Source of the DNA: Craspedostauros australis
Taxonomy: Eukaryota
Assembly: GCA_030167865.1 (NCBI GenBank)
Contig: JALAGF010000504.1
Span: 62,001-126,000 of the forward strand
Direction of reading: 5' to 3'
DNA: 64,000 nt
A program made the translations under genes and the position numbers. This document shows, piece after piece, positions 34,415-47,059 of the stretch. Positions within the stretch are counted from its first letter, which is position 1. The number at the start of each line of letters is the position of its first letter. Under the pieces are notes generated by a model. It was not told the origin of the DNA, did no database searches, and saw only the letters and a list, made by a program, of their open reading frames with translations.

Positions 34415-35802
34415 CTTGTCGAGCGTTTCAGATGCTGCTCCGATGTGTGCCTGTTCCTGGTGCTGTTGCTGCACCTGCTTGTTTTTGTTTTTGTAAGCTT
34501 GCCTTTCGGTGTGACTCTCATTCCTTCTTCTGCTCGTTTTGCGTGCGCTGTGATGGTAGCGCACCTGGATGAGAGAGAGAGAGAGAGGGTTGGAGAGGAG
34601 GAGGGTGTACTCTTGAACTAACCTGCCTCCTCTCCTCTCGTGTCGGTTCTCCTCCGAGTGCTTGACTACCTTGTTCGATCCAATCGGTGCACCGCGCTGC
34701 TCCCTCAACTCTCAGCGAGTACGTACTGGTGGTATTTCCGCTTTGGCTATTCGTGAGTATGTTGTTGCTCTTGGTGCTGCTCTTGCGCTAAGGCCAACGC
34801 CAACAATTGCACACAACGCAAGGGAGGTGCGCTGCTCCTTGACAACATTCTTTGCTTCCATGTGGTTGGTAGGTGCGCCATGGCAGCGCGACCTGCTCAC
34901 ATTTTCGCCGCGTCTCCATCACAGGAGTGACGGCGTTTTCGATTGCCCACCAAAAAATTCAAAAATCCAACGGACGGACATGGCGCACATCCGTGATTGG
35001 TGCATTACCCACGACCAAAAACAAAGTTGCAAAGCCCGCGCAGCTCATGACTCGACCCAGTTCAGATCACTGATTGGGTTGGATTGACCAAGGCGAACAA
35101 GAGGGGACACACAAAGTTGCGACGAATTCTGGTCGGAGCGGTCAAGAAGTGGGAGGAATTCGCGGTACTGGGTGGACACACAAGTGCGCTGCACCAACAT
35201 GGGGTGTTGGTGGACCTTCGCCTGGCCTGGCCTCCCATCCGTTCCATGTTCCTGACATCTTCCATTTGCTTCGTTGGGAAATCGACACGTTGGACTCGTT
35301 CTGTCGCGGTTCCCGGATGGCATGCCACCGAGGCCATCTGTTGGTCGTGACAGCACTGGAGCCAGAGAGACTCATGGATCCAAACGATCCTGGGAGGAGG
35401 AAAAAGGAGGAACAACCGACACGAAGCAGTGGAACGCAACGCAACAGCCCACCACGCGAGACGAGAACCACGACAAAGCACGCACCACAACACGGCGCAA
35501 AGGTATTTGCGCCCAATAGTAAGCAGACAGGAGAGTGAGCCAGCACGACAAGAAGAAGCCAAGAGAGAGAGAGAGACAAGCAGCACAGACTACGTTAACA
35601 CCAAATCCTGTGACCGCAACAACGCATTGCAGAACAGAGCAGGACAAGCCCCAAGTTCATTGAGCAAGAGAGCAAGAGGAAACACTCCAGTGCCCGCCCA
35701 TCCGAACCGTCAATCAATTGATCCCTCTCCAGATCGATCGATTCCATTACACAAACACAAACGCACACACAAACACAAACGAACAAGCAAACACAGACCA
35801 AG

Positions 35803-38800
35803 ATGCCAGCAGGAAATGGAAGTCGTGGTGGCTCCGCGAAGAAGAAAGGCGGAGCTGACGCCAAGCTCGTCGCGTCGGTAAGTCATGCCAGCAGGTTGAC
35901 CTGACATGCACGGAGGAACTGCTCCTGGGTGGGTTGGCTTGCGTCCGAGTGCGGTATCGCCGCAATCCATGACATCGCTGTCATGGCTCCACGGCAGCGA
36001 CCATCGTCGCTCTTCCTGACTGCAAGCGAAGCCAACTTGGTGTCACCACCCTACGATCCTGCGCGCTGTGTCTTGGACTCTGTTGCACTTCATGACTCGT
36101 GTCGCCTGATCATACGATAATCTGTTCTATTCGCACTCACACCACTATGCCACGGACTCCAACAACCACCATGCCGTTTGGTGCAATAACTGTCGTGCTC
36201 CATCAAATGTTGTGACAACAAAACGCCATGACGATAATGCCAATAACAATGATAATGACGATAACAACGATAACAACGATAACAACGATAACAACGATAA
36301 CAACGATAACAACGATAACAACAATAACACCAACAATCATGACAACGATCACAGTTAAAGGAGGTGTGCCCATCCCACAAAATCAAAGACCTTGACAGAC
36401 TGGTCAAGTCACTCAATGGAGACGAAGCAAAGATCCGAGAGAAGATTTCGGAGTGGTGGGACGAGCCCGTGCAGAAGGAGGAAGTTTGGGAGGATGTGAG
36501 CAAGAAAACGAGTAAGAGCAAAAAGCAAACTGATCGCTACCAATCGGGCCGCGGTGGCCGATCGGGCCGAGGAGGTCGCGGTCGAGACCATCACGGCGGC
36601 AACAGAGGAGGTCAAGGCGGCCGAGGCGGCGGTGGTGAACGCCGTGGTGGGCGTGGCCGCGGCCAGCCATCCAACCGTCAGCCAAAGCCAGATGGCGGCG
36701 GTGGCGCTGCCAACGCAGGCGCCAATGCTGGAGGCAATAAGAAGGACGCCGCAGCTGCTGCAGCCACTGCTACAAACCAGAACGCCCCTGAAGATGCCAA
36801 TTCCCAGCCACTCACAGGAGTCCCAACCCCATCCGTAGCCTCCCATGCACCAAAGGGTGTTTGGGGCAAGAGAGCTGCTGCATCAGCCTCGGCTGCAGCC
36901 GCAGCTGCCGCAAGCCCAGCTCTCCCAACCCTCCCAACCCCAGCCGCTCCGACAACGACCGAACCAACAACCCAACCCGCTAAGAAACCACAATCCAAAC
37001 GCCCAGAACCGCAGGCTCCTCCTGTCCCGGAGATGCCTGTTGACGTTGGCGTCGTTACCAACAACGATCCGACGCCAGCAGGATTGACACCACCCGCCGA
37101 AAACAAGTCTGTTCCTCGCGCGGCGATCCCGTCCATCGGAAATGTCTGGGCCACGAAGGGATCGGCCCATCTCATACAGGCTGAGAAGCCCAAGCCTCCT
37201 TCTGCGGCCACTCCGCCAGCTGCTGCTGTACCAGATGTAACCCAAACTGCCCCTATCACGATTCCGGAAGACAGACCGGAGCCAGATCCAGTTCCAGATC
37301 CAGTTTTGATGCCTTTGTCTGGTCTTGAACAGACAACTGAGATAGAAGCACCGCATGTGCCCCAGGAGGAGCCTGAAGTCGCGGAGCTTCCAGAAGAGCC
37401 CGCGCCAGAACCAGAACCTGAGACCGACCTTCAGGAAGTGGCAGCGCCACCACCAAACGCGTGGGGTACCGATGTCGTTCCCACCCCAGTGGAACTCGAA
37501 CAGCCACAGGAGCAGCAGCAACCAATCGATATCCAACCACCGCCCGCTGTAGTGCCGGATCCTGTGCCACCTGTCGCCGTGCTGGACGAACCCGTGCCGG
37601 TGCCGGTGCCGCAGCCAGAACCAGCTGCTGCAGTCACGATTCCGCCTGCCGCAGTTCCACCACCCCATGTGTCGCCTATCGCACCCACAAGCGTTGTTGA
37701 CATGGGACACTGGAAGGCAGCAGACGAAGGAGACGCTGACATGGGCTTCGAATTCGGCTTTGGCGCCGACAACGACATGGACGACCCTGTCGCTGTCATC
37801 AGCCCAGCACACGACGACCAATCAGCTGTCCCCAGCGCCGCACCCGCCACGACAGCGAACGCCGCCCCCACAACGGCTGCCCCAGAAACAAGCACCACCT
37901 CCGTTGTGTCTCCAGCAAGACCTCCGCCGGGCCTCACGATGCCACCGATGCCTGCCAACAGCGTCTCCGTGTACGAAATCGAGAGCAAGCTCGAGACCAC
38001 TGCCCTCGACAACCATGGCGCCATGACTGCTGACAAGACAGCGGCTGCGGCCATGTCCAACGACAAGACCCAAATCCCAACACACCCCAACCAAGGGCAG
38101 CATCTTCCGGCTGCCGGCCAGCAAGGTTTCAACCAGTATATGTACGGCTACAACCCAGGAAATACGTTCATGAGCTCTGTCCCCGCCCCTGTTCTCACTG
38201 GAGGAGTGGTTCCCCAGCAACAGCAGCAGCAGCCCGCGAAGCACCAAGGCGGTGCCATGGCCGGTTCCTTGCCCAACCAGTCAGGAATCTACCCCAACCA
38301 GTCCCAGCCTGCTCCAACCACAGCCAGTGGTATCCCCAACCAAGACTCCACCGTGGCTGATGCAGGAGCACCATCGACGTCTCCAGCAGGTATGCCACCA
38401 GGCATGCCAAGCGCGATGACCGGTTTCAACATGCCGATGTACAACATGTACAACCAGCCATTCCACCCCAGCCAGCACCAGGGCAACATGCCATACCCTC
38501 CATACTACGGAGCTTCGTTCGGCAACGTGTCTGGAGGATATGCCTTCCCTCACGTCATGAACCCCACGGGCGGATACGCAGCACCATCGCACTTTGGTGA
38601 TGATCAAGCGCAGCACCAGTCCAACCATTCAGGTAACAGCGGTGGGTACCAGAAGAACGCCGGAGGCGGACAGGGCAGATTCGTCAACCGCCCAAACAAT
38701 TCCCACAGCAATCCTCAGTACGCCAGTCAGTACACCCCACCGCAGCATGCCAACTACGGGAATCAACAGTATGCCATGAGCTACGCAGGCGATCATTTCA

Positions 38801-39054
38801 ACCAGCGCGGAGGGTACCCAGCCGCCATGGGAGATCCTTACGGCAACCAGTCCTACCAGCAGCATGGAGGAAACGCCGGTGGTTTCCAAGATGATGACCA
38901 CAAGGGCAAGAAGGGCGGCCACAGAGGAGGCGGTGGCGGCAACGGATCATCGTTGCAACACCAGTTCCCACAGGGTCAGCAGCACCAGCTTGGTGGTGGC
39001 CACCAGAGCTTCGGCCTGCACGGCCAAGGATCTGAGCAAAACCAATCCAGCGGA

Positions 39055-39087
<33 letters not shown>

Positions 39088-39141
39088 TGGTCCAACCAAG
39101 GCAGATGGGGTGGTGCCGCCCCAACCTGGCAAGGAAGCTAA
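35803..39141 (+). CDS. UBAP2L/Lingerer/Def1/GIP1-like protein (UBA/CUE-like N-terminus, RGG box, prion-like C-terminus); 2 exons
   Basis: Exons 35803-35877 and 36355-39141. LKEVCPSHKIKDLDRLVKSLNGDEAKIREKISEWW is UBA/CUE-like, followed by WEDVSKK, an RGG box, a Pro/Ala/Glu linker, the GFEFGFG motif and a Q/G/Y/N-rich tail. Confidence 0.7.
36246..36330. repeat. 9-bp tandem repeat (ATAACAACG)n inside an intron
   Basis: About seven near-perfect copies just upstream of the 3' splice site at 36354. Confidence 0.88.
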
Positions 39142-39799
39142 ACCCGGACCCAGCAAGCTCACCCTCCGCCACAGAGCAAGATGCGATCGTGTGATCCTGC
39201 GATCGTCCTATAATTCACATGTTCTCGCAGCGCGCATGGCCAATTTGGTTTTGGGCGATACTCCCGCCTCTGAAGTGGAGCGTACTCGCACGGCGGAATC
39301 TCATCGCAAACTACGAGGCTGCGCCTTTGCCAGACTTAATCTAAATCCTATTCCCATTCAACTGCTCGTGCTACCAGTGACTCCCTTTGCGTGAACAATA
39401 ACAGGAGAGCATCAAGGAATGTGGCGAATTCACTCCTGGCGTCGAGATTAAACTCTTTGTGGCCTGTGCAACTCTGCAGGTAGCTACGTATAATGCCATA
39501 CTATACTCTACTCTACTAAACTCTTCAACATACGGATTGCCTCCATCCTTGCTCATCAAGACCAGGGCAGTCACGATCAATCCACTCCGAATGGATTCAA
39601 CTTGGATTTAGAGTAGAGTATAAAAACGGAATAGAGTAGAGCACTCGCGACAGTGAATCAATCAGGTCATACATACATACGTACGGCTGTTGGGAAGTGG
39701 ATGATTCGGAGAATGTGTGTTGTGAGTCGTACAGTACTTGTATGGAATGGTGTGGGCCGGCAAATCGGGCTGCGATCGTCAACATGGTACAGACAACTC

Positions 39800-41998
39800 T
39801 CAGAAATAGCTCGACGCCTTCCGCCTTGACACTTGGCGTTTCTTTCGCGAATGCTTCGGCGATTTTCGGAGGATGGACTTCGATGGGCTGCCCAACTCGG
39901 CCTTCAGCGGGAGCTTGGTGTTGAGACCACGCATAGATGCGGTGTAGGATCGGCTCTTGTTGACTGCTGTGAACTTGACTCGCTTCGCCTCCGAGGCATC
40001 GTCGTCGTCTTGGCTGGCATGCTTCGCCTTCTTCGACTTGGGCATCGAGGCGCCATCGGACTTCTTTCCAGCCTTTCGTCCCTTTTTCGCCTTCTTCTGC
40101 TCCGACATGGTGATCACGATCTCCTCTTCGGCGTCGTTGTCGCCGTTCGCTGTGTCCAATGCGCTCTCAGCTCGCTTCTTCTTCTTGTTGGCCTTGTTGC
40201 CTTCCTTCTTCTTGCTCTTCTTCTCGCCGCCGGACTTGAAGATATCTTCCACAGGATCAACTACCGGTTGTTGCTTGTCGGTCTCGACATTTCCTGCCTT
40301 GCCCTTTCCCTTCTTGCCTTTCTTCTTCTTCTTTCCACCTTTCTTGGTTGACGACTTGTTGTCTCCATCTCCATCTCCACCTCCATCCTCCTTGGAGCAT
40401 TCCTTCTTGGTGCTGGAAGAGGATCCCTTGTCGCCGGCTTGGCCGTCTGCGGCCTCTTCGTCGCCCTCGTTGCTTTCGATTTGGTTGAGCTCGACATCGT
40501 GGCCAATGCATTTTATCCTCCGTGCGTACTGCTTATGCATGTCGTAGAGTTGCTTGCGGTAATCCTCCCTCGTGCCAGGGTGGCTGGCGAGCTCGAAGAT
40601 GAAATCACCGATCGTCGCGACATGGACCTGGTCCAGGACGACCACATCGCCGGACTCTCCAGTTGCGTCATCGTCGGCGTCCTCCATTTTTTCCTTCTGG
40701 GCTTCTGCCCATTTGCCGACGACACTGTATTCCAGGAGGAATTTCTCCAGAATGTTCTCCATGACTCTTGTGTGGATCGTTCCGGTGCTGTCCTTGCCTC
40801 CGGTCTGCGCCATGGCAAAGTAGGGTTCCATGGTGTCAAGGAACGTCGCCTCCGTGAGCGGCCTGCCGGCTTTTTTATTCACCTTGGCGAGCTCCTCCAG
40901 GCTGACGTCGATGAAGTGGTACCTCAGGCCGTTGGGGGTCTTGTTGAGGATCTCCTCGAAGATGCAATCATTGAAGAGACGGATGATGCCCGCATTCCAA
41001 TGCCTCAGGGCCATGTACTTGTACACTTCGTGGATGTACAATCGGAGCAGGGTGTAGAACTTGTCGATGCGATACTTGTCCATCTTGCCCCATTCACGGT
41101 GCAAGGTGCGAAGGAAGGTTCTGATGAAGAGGGATGCGAGGTGGGCGCCGCGGCAATGCGGGATATCCGCTTGGTCGATTTCAGCCATCAGCTCACTTTC
41201 TTCGTTTTCGTTTTCGTCTTCTCCAGAGCCATTGCTGCGCTGCGCCTTATCATCATCTCCGTCGTTTCTCTCGTCGTCTTCATCACTGTCTTCCTCTGCT
41301 TCGTCGTCGTCGTCGTCGTCTCCGTCCTCGATGTACTCGATGGCGCTGTTGTTGAACATGTCCTCGGCGTCCTCGGGACTGAGCATATCAACATCACCGC
41401 CCTCTTCCGCGGCAGCAGCTGCCTCCTCTTCCTCGCACATGTTCATGTACGCTTGACCTGCATACTCATCCTCCTCCTCGGTGCCTGCCACGCACCAGAT
41501 GAGCTCGGCAAGTCGCTTGGACAGCTCGTACTGCACGGGCGCCTTGTCGGCCATGTAGAGGGTGTACCACAGGCCCTTCCAGAGCTTGAGCAGGTCATTC
41601 TCGGACAGACCTCCGTTGTCGTTGCCGATGTCGCAACGTGCCTCGAGGTACGCCTTGAGCTTCTGCACCGCCGAGTGACGCGTTCGCTGGCTCGTCCCGC
41701 CCAGAAGGCGCAGGAACTTGGCCTCGGACGACATGAGATCGAGCTTGGGGTCTACGACCTGCGAGTCCTTCTTCGTCGTTCCCAACCCAGCCACGCGCAA
41801 GTAAGCCTTCTCGCGCGCATCCATCGACTGGATCTTGGGATGCTGCGGCCATTTGTTCTTGTCGTTGGGCTTGGCGCGCCTGCTGCGTTTGGACACCTGT
41901 TTGTCGGCGGGCTTGTTGCCGCTGTCCGGTCCTTCAATGAGGTTCTCCAATGCGTTGCCGGCCTTGCCATGTCGGCCATTCGCCCCTGTCGCTCCCAT
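39800..41998 (-). CDS. RRP1: Ribosomal RNA processing protein 1 (RRP1/Nop52)
   Basis: LLKLWKGLWYTLYMADKAPVQYELSKRLA, REWGKMDKYRIDKFYTLLR and PNGLRYHFIDVSLEEL. Lys-rich tail with KRVKF and PSKSILRKS, ending RRKASSYF. Confidence 0.92.
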   Translation of the reverse strand: MGATGANGRHGKAGNALENLIEGPDSGNKPADKQVSKRSRRAKPNDKNKWPQHPKIQSMDAREKAYLRVAGLGTTKKDSQVVDPKLDLMSSEAKFLRLLGGTSQRTRHSAVQKLKAYLEARCDIGNDNGGLSENDLLKLWKGLWYTLYMADKAPVQYELSKRLAELIWCVAGTEEEDEYAGQAYMNMCEEEEAAAAAEEGGDVDMLSPEDAEDMFNNSAIEYIEDGDDDDDDEAEEDSDEDDERNDGDDDKAQRSNGSGEDENENEESELMAEIDQADIPHCRGAHLASLFIRTFLRTLHREWGKMDKYRIDKFYTLLRLYIHEVYKYMALRHWNAGIIRLFNDCIFEEILNKTPNGLRYHFIDVSLEELAKVNKKAGRPLTEATFLDTMEPYFAMAQTGGKDSTGTIHTRVMENILEKFLLEYSVVGKWAEAQKEKMEDADDDATGESGDVVVLDQVHVATIGDFIFELASHPGTREDYRKQLYDMHKQYARRIKCIGHDVELNQIESNEGDEEAADGQAGDKGSSSSTKKECSKEDGGGDGDGDNKSSTKKGGKKKKKGKKGKGKAGNVETDKQQPVVDPVEDIFKSGGEKKSKKKEGNKANKKKKRAESALDTANGDNDAEEEIVITMSEQKKAKKGRKAGKKSDGASMPKSKKAKHASQDDDDASEAKRVKFTAVNKSRSYTASMRGLNTKLPLKAELGSPSKSILRKSPKHSRKKRQVSRRKASSYF

Positions 41999-43336
41999 CC
42001 TGTTGCTTGTGTTTGTGATTGTTGCTTGAGGCTATCGGCGTTGCTTCAGCAGTTGCTTGAGCAGTCGCGGTTGATGTTGCTGCTGTTGCTACTGTTGATG
42101 CTCCACAGCGACGGCTTGAGTTGAAGCTTGATTTGCAGATGCCTCCAATCGTACTTTGACCCTTCGTCGAAGCGAAGGTGGAAGTGAAAGGAGAAGATGC
42201 GATTGTACTTCTGTTGCTTTGTATTGCTGGATTGGCTTCTTCTCCTGATGTTTTGGGGGGAGAGCGACCTTTGTTGATGTTGCAGTTGCTGCATCTGCCG
42301 CTGCGGCTGTTGCTGCGACTGTTGTCGAAGAGGATGTGGACTCTGTGGCCACAGATTTGTCGTCGTGTTGTCGTGTTGCCGTGGCTGTCATTCATGGTGG
42401 AAAGAGACAACGCATCACCTCGAAGTCACGTGAATGTCTTCGCGGCTTGGTTGGTCTCGACACCCCGTCTGACCTTCATCATGTGCCCATTGTTACTCTG
42501 AGTCATGCATAATATAACGCCAAATTCAAATCGAACCAGACAAGGCGGTCAACTGCGTTGTCAGGAATCAACCGTTGTGGAAACAGGTTTGTTCGTAACG
42601 TCAACTGAAACAATAAAATTCGCACTCTGGAGTTTTGACTTCCAACGACGAACTCTGTGACAGTTCGTTGGCTGAAGGTATTCAGGGCTGAATATAAACA
42701 TTCCAGAAAAACGGTTGGGCACTCACAATTTCCCTTGCTCAAATCTGTCCCACACAACCACCGAGAACAACGACAACGACAAAAACAACAGCACCAAAAG
42801 ACCAAACCGAGCACCAACAAGAGCTCCACGGAGGAATAACACTCAGCAGCCAAGAAGGGTCTTCTGTTGTTGGCAATATATGACACTGAGGCATTCACCT
42901 CGAAGGAACTGAGTCGATGGCCGGACCACAGAATCATTCCAACTAACGGACAATCTGAACCAGGCTGTGAAAGTCGTTGTGTCTGTTGGCGCACTGGTCC
43001 AATCCTGGAAGGGGAACACATCTCTGCCGACCTCCAATCCTCCACCTTCAACAACCCAACGAGCTGTCAAGTCCAGCACCACAATCAAACCAAGAAACGC
43101 ACACAGCAACACCATAATACGAAGTCGATACGAAGTCGATCCAGCCTTCGCCTCATCAATCATCACAACTACTCACACAACAACAACAAGTAGCAACAGC
43201 AAGCAGCAACAACAAGCAGCATTCCAGTCTCCGAATACAGCTGCTACCACTATACTCACATCGTGCGACAATCGCCGCAGCGCAGACAATCATTGCAGCA
43301 GCATCCAACACAAGCGCAACAACGACACAGGGCATC

Positions 43337-46300
43337 ATGCTATCACCAGGAAACGACGACCGAGGCAAGCGCAACCTGTTCAAGGGGGTGGACAGCCGAG
43401 ACGAATGGGACGACTCTGCTTCCAACCGGGGCGAAGCGGACGACAGGGACGAACAGGGCAACGACAAGGGCAGGCGAAGGGGGTACTCATCGAAGCAACA
43501 GCGGGGAAACAAGACGAAATCCATGCCTTCCTCGCATCCTTCCCCAAGCCATGGTTACAGCAACAGCAGCAGCGCTGGGCATGACTACGGACGGGTGTAC
43601 CCACATTCTCGAGCGCCCTATCCAGGCCCACCACATGGTCCGCATGGTCAGCATGGTCAGCATGGGGCGCATGGGGCGCTGATGGGACCAAGGGCACCTC
43701 CTCCGGCGTACTTCGGCGGTCATGACCACTACAGGGGCATGCATTCACACTACTCGCAGATGCCACCAATGCCACACCCGGCGCAGAACGGTCCCTACGC
43801 AGCACCGTACGGCCACGCGCACGGGCACAACCACGCTCACGCCCATGGCCACGCCCACGCACATGGACATGGACATGGACACCCGCACGCGCATCCTCAC
43901 GCACATGCACACAACGTAGGTGGGCGACCAGGACACCCTCCACCGAATTTCCACGTCTACGGCGGTCCGTACCATCCACCGATGGGATACCCCGTGGGCC
44001 CGACCTTTCAGCAGATGCCTGTCCCATCCGTGGCATCCGATTCCAACTCCATCTCATCCACCCGCAGCAAATCGAGCAGATGCAGCGCCAGCCGCAAGTC
44101 CACCAAGTCGCAGTCCTCCACAAGCAGCAGGAAGAAGCGCACTATCGATGGCGTCCACGTCAATCCCGTCCCGGACACTCTCCCATCAGCCTACCCATTC
44201 CGAAGAACCACCAGCAACACCAGCACCAATAGCACACTTACGGCAGGCAACACCACCACCAGTGCAGAAATTCAACACCCAGGTGAGGACTCGCCCCACA
44301 AGAGGGAAAGAGGAGGCGGCCGACCAACCATTCACATGCCATCATCAAAGAGCACTTCCAATGACAACATGGGAGATGACACTGGCAACTATCATAGGCG
44401 GACAAACTCAGGTGCGTCAACTGCCTCCAGTCTCAGCATCACAGGGCGTTCATTTCGAACTCTTGAGGGTCACCGTGCTGGTAAGACAGACAGCAAACAT
44501 GCTGTGGCGGGCAATCGACAATGTGCCACCTTCCGCATCATGCGTCAAACAAACAAAACTCACTCTTTGCTATTCCTTCCGCCAATATTTCGCACAAACT
44601 CGTACCTTTGCATTTTCACATTCAGACGGGGACGTGGCAAATGAGGAAGCACCATTGATCAAGTCATCGCCGAAGCGACGCAAGGGATCCGACAGTAAGC
44701 CGCTCATGGTGAACACCGACGGAACGAATAGATCGACGATCTTCAAGCATGACCCAAATTCCCCAAGGCTGCAGCTGTCCTTGTCATCCGACAATTCGCT
44801 TGATGGAAAGGAATCATCCCGATTCCAACAGTTGTCCATGAGCGACTCTGGTCCCAAATCCAGCAGCGGAAGCATCTTCCTGTCACTCTCCACCTCACCG
44901 ATTAACGCCGAAGTGGAGGCAACTCCAATCAGCAAGAACACGAAGAAGAGAGAGCAGAACAAGTCCATGACGATCGACACTGAGCTCGACAAGGACGCGT
45001 CATCCTTGAGCAAGTTGTCGCCGGCGCACCTCGGCATCCTCAGCACCCCATCTGATGCCACCACACCCACTCTGCCAACCAGCGACACCGAATTCGGTGC
45101 CGACGAGCATATGCTCAACACGCACCTTCGCGGACAGACGTTTACACCGCTTCCACACCTGGCAGAAACCATCGGGATCTCACCATCCAACGGCATGCTA
45201 TCGCTCGGACCTCACCTGTCTTGGAGCATCGCTGGTGACACCCCATCCTTGGAGGACCTGGCAGCATGCAGCTGGGAGGAGGCGGATCACGATGACAAGA
45301 AGCGACCAAGCTCCACAACATCGCAGCTTTCCAGCAGCACGAGAGGGTTGGTCATCAGCCCCCATTCGTTCATGATGTGGAAGGAGGAGCACGAGGCCAA
45401 CCACCTGAAGAAGGGCGGTAGCAAGGACAGCGACAGCATCCGGTTCAGCGTGCTCTCTCCCACATCGGACGCCGAGATGAGAGACAATGGGACATCCACG
45501 CCGCTCCCTATCTTCTTCGGAACCGCCAGCGAGAATAGTGCCAAGAAGCACTCGGAAGATAAGGCGACGAAGCCTGTGGACGACATCATGGGCATCGAGA
45601 CCAACAAAGCACTGTCAACGGATGATCTGGACGCTCCACTTGACGCATCACCACTTCCAGCACCACAGAACCATGGCTACCAGACACGCAACCCACCGCG
45701 ACTGCCAAGCTACTTGTCTCGCGACACGCTGCCACCTACACCAGTGTACTCCGGAAGCAAGACAATGACGCCCATGTACGCCGGAAACTCGCTCAACTTC
45801 ATTCGCAGCCCGATCAACTCTGGTCGCAGGGATCAACATCCTGGATTCTTCAAGCCTGGAATGTACCATCCAGGAGCCGCACCACATGGTCACCACCCCA
45901 ATCACGGTGGCCATCACCCTCCGCACATGGGACATGGTATGCACCCAGACCGAGTGCGCAACCTCCGCGGTAGAATGCCGCCAGGCACGTACATGCCACC
46001 AGTGCCAATGCACGTCCCATCGCACATGACATCGCAGCACCCGTTGACATCTCCAATGGGTGTCTCGAACAAGGCTCCCATGTGGAGTCCTCATCACACT
46101 GGCCTGCCAAATGGCATGGGTGGCTCTCACCATCACATGTCACCCATTAATGTGACTCAATCAAAGCGCAAGTGCGTGACACTGAAGCCTCCGCTGCCAA
46201 CCAAATTCCAAGGGTAAGTTCACACACATCTTGTTCATCTTGTACCGGATTTCATTGCGGCCCCACTCCACTCCACTCCACTCCACTCCACTGGACTGTG

Positions 46301-46955
46301 TTAGTACGCGGTTTGACTTCATCATTGCATGGAACAACACATATCCGACGTGCTGGTCTCTCACACAGTCTCTTCCTTCTCCAATCGCTTCGCTATCTTT
46401 CGAATCTTCACAATCTGCAACCTCTCACATCATCTCTCTACTCACAGTGACATGGAGAAGTACAAACAGGCGACTGTTCCAGAATTCACGAGCCTCGTTA
46501 ACTTCCCGGCCCACATGTCGCAGAAGCAGTCCGTGAACCTCCCAGAGGGCATGCGATGCTGCGTGATGTGCGGGACGGCGTGCCCATGCTCCAGCGGCAA
46601 CAAGAAGAAGGGAAAGAAGAACGACGGCAGCCTGGCAGCACGCAACAGCAACGTTAAGGACGGCGGCGTGATGGACAAGGGTGGATACGCCCAAATCCCG
46701 ACCCAGAACAAGGGTCTGTGCACTCTGTGCGACGTGAACGTCTGGGTCGTGGTGTCTTCTGGGCTGGAGATCAAATGGTGCAAGGGATGCAAGAACTTCC
46801 GTCCTTGGGCCGCCTTTGGGGATAAAGGATTGGCCACGAAGTGCTTGCGATGCCGCGAACGGCAACGTGAAAAGTACGCGCTTCAGAAGGAGGAGAAGGA
46901 ACGCAATCGTGCCAAGCAAAAGCAGCAGCAGCAGTTCGTCAAGCAAGAGCAGTAA
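43337..46955 (+). CDS. Putative transcription factor: long disordered His/Pro/Ser-rich protein with a C-terminal Cys-rich (SBP-like) zinc finger; 3 exons
   Basis: Exons 43337-44480, 44626-46213 and 46448-46955 splice in frame. The C-terminal domain reads CCVMCGTACPC...GLCTLCDVNVWVVVSSGLEIKWCKGCKNFRPWAAFGDKGLATKCLRCRERQREKY. Basic NLS-like segments are present. Confidence 0.75.
46264..46292. repeat. (CTCCA)n intronic microsatellite
   Basis: Read directly from the sequence. Confidence 0.85.
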
Positions 46956-47059
46956 ACTTAACTTAACGCTCTTATCCAAAACAGAAAGGAGCGTGTCAAC
47001 GTGAATGCTGCTTCTCTACATTGCTCTTTTGTGTTGGTGTGGAGCCGAAGTCGAACATC

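Noticed and set aside
40439-42124. 561-aa antisense ORF over RRP1 (and similar long shadow ORFs elsewhere)
   Set aside because: Expected by-product of GC-rich codon usage on the opposite strand; no motifs.
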